A stretch of 64,000 nt of DNA from an uncultured Desulfobacterales bacterium (GTDB taxonomy: Bacteria; Desulfobacterota; Desulfobacteria; Desulfobacterales; B30-G6): the NCBI GenBank assembly GCA_964452555.1, contig CAYVMI010000033.1:1553-65552 (forward strand). The letters are read 5' to 3'. The position numbers and the translations under genes were made by a program. Positions 9,235 through 19,369 of this stretch are shown piece after piece. Each line of letters starts with the position of its first letter. Within the stretch, counting starts at the first letter, position 1. A model generated the notes under the pieces. That model saw nothing but the letters and a program-made list of their open reading frames with translations. It was not told where the DNA came from and ran no database searches.

Positions 9235-10362
9235 ATGAAGTTTGAAACCTTTGAATTGGAAAGAATTCAATCCCTCTATGAAAATACAGTCGAATACAAT
9301 TTAACCGAAAGCGGTATCCATCCGTTTACGCCCCGGGAACTCCTCAGTGAAACTGAAATCGAAACCCTGCTGGATCAAAGGCTCGGATACGGTCAGACCA
9401 ACGGATCCATCCAGCTGAGAGAGACCATCAGCCAGCATTACTCCGGTGCCGGTATCGATAACATTCTGGTAACCAACGGCTCGGCCGAATCCAATTTCAC
9501 CTTTGCCTGGAGTAATATCCGGGCTAATGACGAAGTTGTCGTCATGCTGCCCAACTACATGCAAATCTGGGGGATTGCCCGCTATCTGGGTGCCGATGTC
9601 AAACCCTTCTATCTCAAGGAGGATCTCAATTGGGCTCCGGACATCGAGGAGTTAAACCAACTGGTAAGCCCCCGAACCAAGTTGATCTGCCTGTGCAATC
9701 CCAACAATCCCACGGGTTCGGTGCTTTCTGCCAATGCCATGGATGCCATCGTCGAGATCGCCAAGGGAGCCGACGCCATGCTGCATGTGGATGAAATCTA
9801 TCGGGGAGCTGAGCTCGAAGGCGACGAAACACCCAGTTTCTACGGTTTGTACGACAACACCGTCGTCACCATGAGCCTGTCCAAATCCTATTCATTGCCG
9901 GGTTTGCGTATGGGATGGCTGGTGGGGTCTGCAGCACTCATGGAAAAGGCCTGGGCCTACCACGACTATACCTCCATTTCAACGACGATTATGAGCCAGT
10001 ACATGGCCACTCTGGTGATGCAGCCGGAACGACGAAAAAAAATATTGTCTCGGGGTCGAAGTATGTTGCGGGATAATCTGGCGGCATTCCAGGAATGGGT
10101 CGATTCCCATCTGGATCTGTTTGATTTCATTCCCCCGCGGGCGGGCGGCATGGCCTTCATGCGCTATAACATGGCCATCAATTCCACAGATTTGTCAGAC
10201 AAACTCCGGCGTGATAAAAGCGTCTTCATCATCCCCGGAGACTGTTTCGGCATGGATCATTATCTGCGCATCGGTATCGGGGGTGAAAAAGCCCATCTGC
10301 TGGCAGGGCTGAATTTGATCGACGAAACATTGCACCAATTGAAATCGGGGAGCCGTCCCTAG
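9235..10362 (+). CDS. Class I/II PLP-dependent aminotransferase
   Basis: 375 aa. PLP-lysine block SLSKSYSLPGLRMGW, plus NPNNPTG and LHVDEIY motifs. Confidence 0.85.
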   Translation: MKFETFELERIQSLYENTVEYNLTESGIHPFTPRELLSETEIETLLDQRLGYGQTNGSIQLRETISQHYSGAGIDNILVTNGSAESNFTFAWSNIRANDEVVVMLPNYMQIWGIARYLGADVKPFYLKEDLNWAPDIEELNQLVSPRTKLICLCNPNNPTGSVLSANAMDAIVEIAKGADAMLHVDEIYRGAELEGDETPSFYGLYDNTVVTMSLSKSYSLPGLRMGWLVGSAALMEKAWAYHDYTSISTTIMSQYMATLVMQPERRKKILSRGRSMLRDNLAAFQEWVDSHLDLFDFIPPRAGGMAFMRYNMAINSTDLSDKLRRDKSVFIIPGDCFGMDHYLRIGIGGEKAHLLAGLNLIDETLHQLKSGSRP

Positions 10363-10422
10363 GCGGCATACCTGTCAGCACCCGCTCCCCACCCAGCGGC
10401 AACACACACGGAGAATATATCG

Positions 10423-11022
10423 ATGAAACGCATCATCTGCCACGGAGACAGCCTGACCGAAGGCGCCGATATCGAAACCGGCGGACGTTGGCCTTCTCTG
10501 CTTCAAACCGCACTTAATATCCAGGTGGTCAACAATGGTATCGGAGGCGACAGTACGGCCGGCATGCTGAGTCGGTTTCGAACTGAAGTCCTGAATTCCG
10601 GACCGGATGCTGTTATCCTCATGGGAGGGACCAACGATTTATGGTGGGATCTGCCCATCAATATTCCCATATCCAATCTGTTCACAATGGCTTACCAGGC
10701 CCAGTATTATGAAATTCTGCCCCTGTTCGGGCTGCCCATCCCGTTTCTACCGGACAGGGCGGCTGAACAGGCCGGCAGTGCACCTGAAGCAGGGTTCAAA
10801 AAAATGTCCGCCCAGCTCGAGCAATTCGTCAAGCGACTTAAGACCAGCGCCGAGCAATCCGATATAGCTGTTCTGGATTTTTACAGTCTGTTCGTGGACC
10901 ACAACCAAAGCATACACGCTGACAGTTTTCTCGAGGACGGTGTCCACCCCAACCTTTTGGGCCACAAGCGCATGGCTGAGTTCGCGACCCTGGCAATTGA
11001 GTCATTACTAGGCCATTCATAG
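10423..11022 (+). CDS. SGNH/GDSL hydrolase
   Basis: Block I GDSLTEG, block III GGTNDLW, block V DGVHPN. Confidence 0.85.
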   Translation: MKRIICHGDSLTEGADIETGGRWPSLLQTALNIQVVNNGIGGDSTAGMLSRFRTEVLNSGPDAVILMGGTNDLWWDLPINIPISNLFTMAYQAQYYEILPLFGLPIPFLPDRAAEQAGSAPEAGFKKMSAQLEQFVKRLKTSAEQSDIAVLDFYSLFVDHNQSIHADSFLEDGVHPNLLGHKRMAEFATLAIESLLGHS

Positions 11023-11431
11023 GCATCGGCCAACGCATCTCCGGATAATTAAAAAAACGATTGGTCAGCATCAGACCGGGAACGCCAATCCAAATTTGAT
11101 TACATCTATACCAGTTGTCAAAAATGGGGATACTCCTTCTTTCGCAATCGGAACGTTATTTTGACAATCACTATATCCTGAAATACCGTAGCAAACCATC
11201 TTTCCCCATTCTGATGTCTTATTTTGAGGCCGCCCGTATTTCTTGGATTGAGCTTTACGATCCAACATGCTAAACAGTATCCAGCATGCTACAATGGCCG
11301 AAGGCCCTGGAAAACAGGCTGCCTGTGTCTTGGGTTAACATTACGATTCGTTTACTAAATAGCACGTTGAATATTAGCTGAACTCCTAATTGCGTGCCAG
11401 GTCCGCGACTCTTAAGCAAGGAGAGCTCCAT

Positions 11432-12829
11432 ATGCCCGAAATTCAACCTGTTACAAAAATCCCCCATCAAATAAAGAATGTTTTGGCCGTTGACAACGAT
11501 GCCATTATGCTGAAATTTCTTTCTCGAATCCTTAAAAAAGCCGGTTTGCATGTGGAGACTGCTTCTGATGGGGTCACGGCCATCGACATTCTTGAATCGT
11601 ACACACCCGATCTGTTTTTTATCGACTTGGTGATGCCCAATATCGATGGCCGCTCGCTATGCCGCATTGTCCGCAGTCGGGAAGCCTTCCAAAATACACC
11701 CATCGTTATCATTTCTGCAATTGCGGCAGAGGAGTCCATCGACACGGTTTCATTGGGCGCCAATGTCTGCATCGCCAAGGTTGCTTTTGGCGACATGGAA
11801 ACCATCATTACAAAATTTCTGGACGATCCCAGTTTGCTTTGGGAGCCGTCTCTGGGCAACCGCGTTTTGGGAGCGGATGAATTGGCACCCCGCAACATAA
11901 CCAATGAACTGCTGACCATTAACCGGCACTTTCACATCATGCTGGACAGTATTTCCAACGGCATTATAGAATTGGATCAAAACAAGCGGATTATCTATGC
12001 CAACCCGGCGGCTCTGAGTTTTTTCTCCATGACCCCCGAGACCATGTTGGGGAAAAACATAAGCCAACTTTTTCCCGTACCCAGCAACGATCCTCTGTAT
12101 AAGATGATTAATCCGCCTGAGACCCGAAAAGAATCAGACCAACAATCCATTCAAATGGCCATCCAAGAACGCATTCTCAATATTAACGTGGTCGCATCCG
12201 GCGCCAGTCGCGAAACCCAGGTGATTATCCTGGAGGATATCACCCAACGCGAAACCTCCAAACAAAAACTGATTGAAGCCAATAATAAGCTTGAAATTCT
12301 GGCTCGGATTGACGGCCTGACCAGCGTTTCCAATCGTCGTCATTTTGACGATCTACTCCCGCAAGAATGGGGGCGGATGCGACGTGAAAAAGGGGAATTG
12401 GCCCTGCTTATTTGCGACGTCGATTATTTTAAACCGTACAACGATACATACGGTCATTTGGAGGGCGATACCTGTCTGCGGCGTATCGCTCAGGCCATCG
12501 ATTCCAGTCTCCAGCGGCCATCTGATATCGTGGCGCGCTATGGCGGGGATGAATTTGTGATCCTGCTGCCAAACACCAATTTAGACGGCGCCCTGCACCT
12601 GGCCGACGAGATTCATGCCCAGGTTAGTCAACTAAGAATAAAGCATGAGCAATCACCCATTGCCGATTGGGTGACGGTAACAATCGGAGCCTGCAGCGGT
12701 TTCCCGGATGAAGCCCTACCCGAGTACAAATTCATCTGGCTGGCCGACAAGGCCCTTTATGAGGCCAAATTAAAGGGGCGCAATTGCGCCGTGGGGAAAG
12801 CCTGGCCCGACTCCGGAATGGTAGCCTAG
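11432..12829 (+). CDS. Response regulator-PAS-GGDEF diguanylate cyclase
   Basis: Trimmed to the ATG at 11432. REC domain (VLAVDND...FIDLVMPNIDG), a PAS domain, then GGDEF (RYGGDEFVILL) with an RxxD I-site (RPSD) five residues upstream. Confidence 0.9.
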   Translation: MPEIQPVTKIPHQIKNVLAVDNDAIMLKFLSRILKKAGLHVETASDGVTAIDILESYTPDLFFIDLVMPNIDGRSLCRIVRSREAFQNTPIVIISAIAAEESIDTVSLGANVCIAKVAFGDMETIITKFLDDPSLLWEPSLGNRVLGADELAPRNITNELLTINRHFHIMLDSISNGIIELDQNKRIIYANPAALSFFSMTPETMLGKNISQLFPVPSNDPLYKMINPPETRKESDQQSIQMAIQERILNINVVASGASRETQVIILEDITQRETSKQKLIEANNKLEILARIDGLTSVSNRRHFDDLLPQEWGRMRREKGELALLICDVDYFKPYNDTYGHLEGDTCLRRIAQAIDSSLQRPSDIVARYGGDEFVILLPNTNLDGALHLADEIHAQVSQLRIKHEQSPIADWVTVTIGACSGFPDEALPEYKFIWLADKALYEAKLKGRNCAVGKAWPDSGMVA

Positions 12830-13133
12830 GTTATCTGCAACCTACCTCAAAATTTAAAATCGGTCTCTAACCCGGGACTGGACAGATAAAAAGCGGTGCT
12901 TCCACGTCATAGATCAACATATCGAGCCGCTTTGCCATAACTCCCCGGAAAACCAGATTATTTTGAGATGGCTTGCGGTCATCGCAATCCCTATCATCGT
13001 TTCAGGAAAATAATAACACCAGCCTTAGGTTTTTTGATCAGGCGCCTTTGGTTTGCCCGGGCAAACCCGATGGTTTCAACCAAATTCCGTGTAACCCCGG
13101 ATATGGCGCTAAGCAGCCAATATCATACCTGGC

Positions 13134-13161
13134 TTGACAGGCAATGATCGGAACGTATAGT
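13134..13161 (+). promoter_or_regulatory. Possible sigma70-type promoter (TTGACA-16 nt-TATAGT)
   Basis: Hexamers were read directly, about 150 nt upstream of the hybrid kinase start at 13310. Confidence 0.3.
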
Positions 13162-13309
13162 ATTTTAAGAAAACCGATTCGATCTTCTGATTGTCACGAT
13201 ATAATCTTCATGCTCCGAATGGTGCCCACTCCTATCTAATTATCTCTCGGCACCGGCGATTGAATTCTCTAGCTTAATCGATTCTTAAAACGCTGCTACA
13301 AGGATACCC

Positions 13310-16300
13310 ATGGCCTCCCGGAAAAATGTCTCTTTCGTACATGTTTTCTTCATCATACTCATATTGATGACGACGCTTTCCATCGGCATTATCGGTTACC
13401 TGTGGATTTCTTCAGAATATGCCCGGTTTCGACAAAAATCCCAGCAAATCCGTTCAGATTTCATTGCCTCCCGCAAGGCCTTGATCAAGGGAGAAGTGTT
13501 ACGTGCCATCGATTTCCTTGAATATAAGAGAGCCCAAACCGAAGAGCGTCTTAAGCAGGACATCAAAAAGCGTACCTATGAGGCCCATGCCATTGCCACC
13601 AACATTTATTCGCAATATCGGGGACAAAAGGACCGGACTGCAATTGCCGAATTGATTAAAGAAGCCTTGCGCCCCATTCGATTTAACAATGGTCGCGGTT
13701 ACTATTTCGCCGTGTCCATGGACGGCGTCGAACAGTTATACCCGATTCGTCCGGAATTTGAAGGTGTCAACCTGCTGGACCTTAAAGATAGCAAAGGTCG
13801 TTTTGTTATTCGCGATGAAATCGCCATAGTCAAAAAATCAGGGGAGGGATTTATCACCGACCACTGGCCCAAACCTGATGAAAACCCGGACATAGCCTAT
13901 GCCAAGATATCTTTTGTCAAACATTTTAAGCCCTTGGACTGGTATTTCGGTACGGGTGAATATCTCGACGATGTCACCAAAGAGATTCAGCAGGAAGTAT
14001 TGGACCGTATTTCCAAAATTCGCTTTGGCAAAGACGGTTACATATTTGCCGGTCAATTAGACGGCGTCAGCCTCCTGGGGCCTGCCGTGGGCCGGAACAT
14101 GCTCGAAGTCACCGATGCCAAGGGCGTTAAAATCGTCAAGTCCCTGATTGAGGCGGCCCAAAGCGGCGGTGCATTTGTGCATTACGTGATGCCCAGGTTC
14201 GAGGGTTTGCGGCCTGCCCCTAAAATCAGCTACGCACGCGAAATCATGGACTGGAAATGGTATGTGGGCGCCGGCCTTTATGTCGACGAGATCGACCAGG
14301 TCATTGCCGAAAACAAAATTGCTCTGAAGGAAAATGTTCAGGATCAAATTTTAAAAATAATATTAACCCTTTTCGGTCTTGTGGTGGTTGTAATTGTAAT
14401 TGCTCGTATCATCTCAAAACAGGCACAGGAAAGTATCTTTGCGTTCAGTATGTTTTTTGGAAAAGCGGCTAAGGAAGCGGCCACCATCAATCCGGAGGAT
14501 CTGAGGTTCTCTGAATTTTCCAATCTTGCTGTATCCGCCAATCGTATGATCGACGAACGACGCACCATGGAAGGGGAGTTGCGCGAAAGCCGGGAACGCT
14601 GGCGGGCCATCGTGAACAATGCCTTACTGGGTGTTTATCAAGTGACGATTGAGGGTCGTTTCATTCTGGTTAATCCCAAACTGGCTGAGATGTTTGGATA
14701 TGAATCTGCTGAAGAATTCTTAAAATCCGTGACCAATGTTACCGAGTTATATGTTGATCCTGAAGAGCGAAAACGCAATCTAAACATGCTCAAACAGCAA
14801 GGATTTCTGGATCGGAGCGACGTTCGCTTCCGGCACCGGGATGGCAGTGAAATCTGGATACAGGCTACCGCCAGAGTCCTTCATACGGATAAGGGCGCTG
14901 ACATCATCGAAGGTTTTATTACCGACATCAGCGAACGGGTTCAAGCGGAACGCGCTTTAAGGGAAAGCGAGGAACGTTATCGTGTACTTGTGGAACTCTC
15001 GCCGGATGCCGTTATTGTCCACCGAAATTCGAGAATCGTCTATATCAACCAGGCCGGCGTCGAAATGCTGGGCGCCGCCCGGAGCGATGAACTGATCGGC
15101 CGAAATGTCCTGGATATTATTCATCCGGACCATCATGACATTGTCACCAAGCGCATCGAAAAGATTCAAACCGAAAAAAAGCCGCTGGCCCGCTTGGAAG
15201 AAAAATATCGACGCCTTGACGGCCGAATCGTTCATGCCGCCGCCGCCGGCACCTTTGTTCAGTATGACGGAAAACCGGCCTCATTATCAGTTATTAGCGA
15301 TATCACCGCCATCAAAGAAGCCGAAGCCGAAAAAAGAAAATTGGAATCCGAGCTGCATCAAGCCCAGAAAATGGAATCCATCGGTACGCTTGCCGGCGGC
15401 ATCGCCCATGACTTCAACAACTTGTTAATGGGTATACAGGGTCGCACCTCTCTGATTATGGCCGAACTGGACAGCTATCACCACCACCGGGAGCATCTCC
15501 GCGAAATCGAAAAATACGTCAAAAGCGCTACCGAATTAACCCGCCAGCTATTGGGATTCGCCCGGGGCGGCAAATATGAAGTCAAACCGGTTGATTTGAA
15601 TATCTTAATCGTTACGTCATCGGAAATGTTTGGGCGAACGCGGAAAGAGATCAGCATCTATCGAAAAACCCAACCGGACATCTGGACCGTGGAGGCGGAC
15701 CGATCACAAATTGAACAAGTTCTTTTGAATCTGTATGTAAATGCCTGGCAAGCCATGGCCGGCAGTGGTGAGATCAGCATTGAAACTGAAAATGTGGCCT
15801 TGGACGAAGTTTTTGTGGCGCCTTATGGCGCGTCGGCCGGTAATTATGTGAGAATTTCAGTGAGCGATTCCGGCATGGGAATAGCCCCTGATATCCAGGA
15901 ACGCATCTTCGATCCTTTTTTCACCACCAAGCAGCATGGGCGCGGCACCGGACTGGGGCTGGCTTCTGCTTACGGCATCATAAAAAATCATGGCGGTATC
16001 ATCACCGTCTCCAGTGAAATCGGTCACGGAGCCACCTTCACCCTATATCTGCCGGCTTCTCAAAAACCAATTACTGAACGAGCACCTTCGACCTCAGGTC
16101 CCCAAAAGGGAACCGGTACGATTTTGATGATTGACGATGAAAAACTGATTCTGGATGTGGGGTTAAAACTGCTTGACGGTCTCGGCTACACGGTACTCAC
16201 TGCGGATGATGGCCGGAAGGGCCTCGACACATATGCCCGAAATCAAGCAGATATCGACTTGGTCATACTCGATTTAATCATGCCCAAACTCAGCGGAGGT

Positions 16301-16480
16301 GAAGTCTTTGATCAACTTAAAGCCATAGATCCTGACGTGAAAGTCCTGCTCTCCAGCGGATACAGCATGGACGGTCACGCCAAAAAAATCATGCAGCGCG
16401 GTTGTGATGGTTTTATCCAAAAACCCTTTACCATAAATGAAATCTCTCATAAAATAGCCGATATTTTAAATCAGCAATAG
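13310..16480 (+). CDS. Hybrid sensor histidine kinase (double Cache periplasmic sensor, 2 PAS, HisKA, HATPase, REC)
   Basis: 1056 aa with two TM segments flanking a Cache-like region. H-box GGIAHDFNNLL, N-box NLYVNAWQAM, G-boxes DSGMGI and GTGLGLA. C-terminal REC (ILMIDDE...ILDLIMPKLSG). Confidence 0.9.
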   Translation: MASRKNVSFVHVFFIILILMTTLSIGIIGYLWISSEYARFRQKSQQIRSDFIASRKALIKGEVLRAIDFLEYKRAQTEERLKQDIKKRTYEAHAIATNIYSQYRGQKDRTAIAELIKEALRPIRFNNGRGYYFAVSMDGVEQLYPIRPEFEGVNLLDLKDSKGRFVIRDEIAIVKKSGEGFITDHWPKPDENPDIAYAKISFVKHFKPLDWYFGTGEYLDDVTKEIQQEVLDRISKIRFGKDGYIFAGQLDGVSLLGPAVGRNMLEVTDAKGVKIVKSLIEAAQSGGAFVHYVMPRFEGLRPAPKISYAREIMDWKWYVGAGLYVDEIDQVIAENKIALKENVQDQILKIILTLFGLVVVVIVIARIISKQAQESIFAFSMFFGKAAKEAATINPEDLRFSEFSNLAVSANRMIDERRTMEGELRESRERWRAIVNNALLGVYQVTIEGRFILVNPKLAEMFGYESAEEFLKSVTNVTELYVDPEERKRNLNMLKQQGFLDRSDVRFRHRDGSEIWIQATARVLHTDKGADIIEGFITDISERVQAERALRESEERYRVLVELSPDAVIVHRNSRIVYINQAGVEMLGAARSDELIGRNVLDIIHPDHHDIVTKRIEKIQTEKKPLARLEEKYRRLDGRIVHAAAAGTFVQYDGKPASLSVISDITAIKEAEAEKRKLESELHQAQKMESIGTLAGGIAHDFNNLLMGIQGRTSLIMAELDSYHHHREHLREIEKYVKSATELTRQLLGFARGGKYEVKPVDLNILIVTSSEMFGRTRKEISIYRKTQPDIWTVEADRSQIEQVLLNLYVNAWQAMAGSGEISIETENVALDEVFVAPYGASAGNYVRISVSDSGMGIAPDIQERIFDPFFTTKQHGRGTGLGLASAYGIIKNHGGIITVSSEIGHGATFTLYLPASQKPITERAPSTSGPQKGTGTILMIDDEKLILDVGLKLLDGLGYTVLTADDGRKGLDTYARNQADIDLVILDLIMPKLSGGEVFDQLKAIDPDVKVLLSSGYSMDGHAKKIMQRGCDGFIQKPFTINEISHKIADILNQQ

Positions 16481-16524
16481 ATGCCAGCGCCGAGTCGTTT
16501 CAGTTTTTCCACTTTCTTCCCTGC

Positions 16525-16553
16525 TTGACAAGCATTCCAAAGGTTCCTAGATT
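16525..16553 (+). promoter_or_regulatory. Possible sigma70-type promoter (TTGACA-17 nt-TAGATT)
   Basis: Hexamers were read directly, about 95 nt upstream of the MFS gene start. Confidence 0.3.
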
Positions 16554-16647
16554 TCTAAGTCAACCGAATGAATACCCCGGCTTAAATCTATACTGCCTGT
16601 TAGAAATATGTTTCGATTCAAGGCTATGGTTAAAGGGCTGAAAAAAA

Positions 16648-17874
16648 ATGTCTACACTTGAAAAAAATGACAACCAATTCGGCAGTCTTGTCATTCTCTC
16701 CGCCTGTCTGTTGCTGATGCTGTCTTTCGGATACCGATCCGGATTCGGTTTATTTGTCAAACCTGTTTCTGACGCCAATGCCTGGGGCCGCGAAGTCATA
16801 TCCATGGCCTTAGCTATTCAGAACCTTTTCTGGGGAATTATCGCTGTATTTGCCGGCGGCCTGGCCGACCGTTTTGGCAATGTTAAGGTCATACTTGCGG
16901 GGTCTGGCTTATATGCGCTCGGCATGCTGCTCATGTCCGGCGTTGAAACCCCTTTAATGCTCAACCTATCCGCGGGTGTGCTGGTGGGTGCCGGTGTAGC
17001 CGGAACATCATTCGGCATCATTCTACCGGCCATGGCTCGGGCTGTCGGCGAAAACCGGCGGCAATGGGCCCTGGGTCTTGGAACGGCGGCCGGATCTCTG
17101 GGGCAGTTTGCTGTGGTACCGGTTGCCCAGCAATTGATCGACACCTTTGAATGGGCAACGGCCTTGAACATTTTGGCCGGTTCATCACTACTGATGGCCC
17201 TGTTGGCCATGCCCTTGGCAAAGTATTCGGGCGGTGATGACCCCGCTGCGGGTATCCTGAAGCAGACAGTTCCGGATGCGCTGCAGGAAGCTTTGGGACA
17301 TCCCTCCTATATATTGTTGGTAACCGGTTTTTTTGTATGCGGCTTTCACGTTGCCTTTATCACCGCACACATGCCGGCCTTTCTCACGGACATGGGATTC
17401 AATGCCGGGATTGGCGCGTGGAGCATCTCCATCATCGGTTTGTGCAATGTTTTTGGGGCATATTTTTCCGGACTTCTATCCGGCAGGATATTCAAGCGTC
17501 ACGTGCTGATTTTTATTTACCTGGGACGTTCAGCGGCCATCACGCTGTTTTTGCTTATTCCTATCAGTTTAGCCTCTGTAGTCATTTTCAGTGCGGTTAT
17601 GGGTTTCTTATGGTTAGCAACCGTACCGGCAACGTCCGGCCTGGTTGCCGTCATGTTTGGCACACGTTACATGGCGATGCTCTACGGGATCGTATTTCTG
17701 GGCCATCAACTTGGCAGTTTCCTGGGAGTTTGGCTGGGCGGCTGGTTGTACGATCGGACCGGAACATATAATGCCGTCTGGTGGATGGGAGTAGTACTTG
17801 GCGTCATGGCCGCAATTTTGCATTGGCCCATCATTGAAAAGCCGGTCCGTAACCCATCCGCTCAACAGGTATGA
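16648..17874 (+). CDS. MFS transporter
   Basis: 408 aa with about 12 hydrophobic segments. MFS motif A-like GGLADRFGNVKV. Confidence 0.8.
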   Translation: MSTLEKNDNQFGSLVILSACLLLMLSFGYRSGFGLFVKPVSDANAWGREVISMALAIQNLFWGIIAVFAGGLADRFGNVKVILAGSGLYALGMLLMSGVETPLMLNLSAGVLVGAGVAGTSFGIILPAMARAVGENRRQWALGLGTAAGSLGQFAVVPVAQQLIDTFEWATALNILAGSSLLMALLAMPLAKYSGGDDPAAGILKQTVPDALQEALGHPSYILLVTGFFVCGFHVAFITAHMPAFLTDMGFNAGIGAWSISIIGLCNVFGAYFSGLLSGRIFKRHVLIFIYLGRSAAITLFLLIPISLASVVIFSAVMGFLWLATVPATSGLVAVMFGTRYMAMLYGIVFLGHQLGSFLGVWLGGWLYDRTGTYNAVWWMGVVLGVMAAILHWPIIEKPVRNPSAQQV

Positions 17875-17882
17875 CAATCTCG

Positions 17883-18125
17883 TTAATGCGCATGCAAAAT
17901 TTTACTTTTCAAAAGTTTGATTGTTGCCCCTGTAACCTTTTCAAATTTAGTCTTCCATGAGGGTGTAGACCATTGTAACAGTGCGCTTGAATCTTTGCGG
18001 GCTTCTTTCTGATCGATTAGACCGAACTCCGGCCGCAGGTCCGGGCACGCTAGAAACATATCCAAGCGTTGATCTAGTTCCGCCTGCCTATATTTGGCTA
18101 TAAATTCGCCATATTGCTCATCCAT
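17883..18125 (-). CDS. Hypothetical small protein
   Basis: 80-aa ORF with GGAGG 7 nt upstream of the ATG. I recognise no family. Confidence 0.45.
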   Translation of the reverse strand: MDEQYGEFIAKYRQAELDQRLDMFLACPDLRPEFGLIDQKEARKDSSALLQWSTPSWKTKFEKVTGATIKLLKSKILHAH

Positions 18126-18230
18126 TATTTTGCCTCCAATTTACTATTCCGGATAAGTCTTACCCGGATATGTACGCGTATTGGCTAAACAGCCTTTGAT
18201 TTCTGATCCGACCCTACAGATGTATCGTTG

Positions 18231-18668
18231 TTATTCTTTTCGCAAAATCATGCACGTGGAGGTTGCGTGGGCGTAAATACGTCCATCGTCGTCTGTCAAG
18301 GTAGCTTCAGACATGCCGATTCGATTGGATATATGCAGCACCCTTCCTTTGGCTCGAAGCAGCATTTCCGGTGGAATTGGTTTCAGCATCTTTACATTCA
18401 AATCCACTGTTCCGTAGCTCTCCTTATGTTTCAGCATGGTGTGAACGGCTGCCCCGGTTGCAGTGTCCAGGACAGTAGCTGCAAAACCGCCATGTACGCC
18501 GCCCATGGGATTGAGATGCCGATGGGTTGCCCTGGCCTGAAACTCAATGGCGCCCTCTTCAACCGCCATGATTTTCATGGGTATGGTGGTCGCCATGGTT
18601 GGCATAGGAAAGACGCCGTCTTTGATGCCTTGCATTATCTCTTTGCCGGTCATATTCTGCCCCATCAT
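18231..18668 (-). CDS. PaaI/4HBT-family hotdog-fold thioesterase
   Basis: Motif NPMGGVHGGFAATVLDTATG. Trimmed to the ATG at 18668, preceded by GGAAGGAGAAAC. Confidence 0.8.
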   Translation of the reverse strand: MMGQNMTGKEIMQGIKDGVFPMPTMATTIPMKIMAVEEGAIEFQARATHRHLNPMGGVHGGFAATVLDTATGAAVHTMLKHKESYGTVDLNVKMLKPIPPEMLLRAKGRVLHISNRIGMSEATLTDDDGRIYAHATSTCMILRKE

Positions 18669-18690
18669 GTTTCTCCTTCCAGATCCATAA

Positions 18691-18713
18691 TATACCATTT
18701 GGTATATTTGTCA
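18691..18713. promoter_or_regulatory. Candidate TetR operator copy 1 (TATACCATTTGGTATATTTGTCA)
   Basis: The 23-mer lies between the tetR stop (18724) and the thioesterase start (18668). It differs at one position from the 23-mer at 19370-19392. Confidence 0.6.
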
Positions 18714-18723
18714 CCAAAAAAAA

Positions 18724-19320
18724 TTAAATCCGCAATTCGGCATTCACCAGATATATGATTTGGTCGATGTTGCGGCTCAGGTGAATACTGTTGCCCGTAG
18801 CCTTGGAAAGCATGAGCCCGCCTTCGATTAGCGAAACAAATACCGAGGCGAATTGCTCGGGTTTTGCATTGGTTTGGATTTGTTTGTACTTTATACCCCG
18901 TTGAATGATTCGTGACACCGATTGCACCCAGGTAACGATGGCTTTGTGTACCCGTTCTTTGAGGGCGGTATGAACATTGTCTGAATCGATGGCGGCGTTC
19001 AAAAGCGGGCATCCGCCCTTGCTTGATATATCATTGAATTCATCTAGATAAAAATTGGCAAATGCGATCAGTTTGTCACAGGCATGATCTTTTAAACGGA
19101 CAACTTTACTGATCCTTTGTGAGATCTCTTCAAAATTATACTCGAATGCCGCCAGGGCGATTTCATCCTTATCATTGAAATTACCATAGATCGCGCCTTT
19201 GGTCATCTGAATGGCATCTGTTATCTGGGACATGGTGGTACCATGATAGCCGTACATATTAAAAATCGGCGCTGATTTGGCTATGATGGTATTGCGCGTT
19301 TCTTGCGCTTTGCTCATGGG
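18724..19320 (-). CDS. TetR/AcrR-family transcriptional regulator
   Basis: N-terminal HTH TTMSQITDAIQMTKGAIYGNFNDKDE. Start chosen at MSKAQ (19320); the ORF extends to 19362. Confidence 0.88.
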   Translation of the reverse strand, partial: PMSKAQETRNTIIAKSAPIFNMYGYHGTTMSQITDAIQMTKGAIYGNFNDKDEIALAAFEYNFEEISQRISKVVRLKDHACDKLIAFANFYLDEFNDISSKGGCPLLNAAIDSDNVHTALKERVHKAIVTWVQSVSRIIQRGIKYKQIQTNAKPEQFASVFVSLIEGGLMLSKATGNSIHLSRNIDQIIYLVNAELRI

Positions 19321-19369
19321 GATCACCTGTATGGCTTTGCTGCGATTTCTTAATCTTGGCATTTAACAT

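Noticed and set aside
11071-11551. Small minus-strand ORFs (65 aa at 11071-11268 and 93 aa at 11270-11551) upstream of the GGDEF gene.
   Set aside because: They have no RBS and no recognisable motifs. One overlaps the start of the GGDEF gene. I treated them as non-coding leader, although a small protein cannot be excluded.
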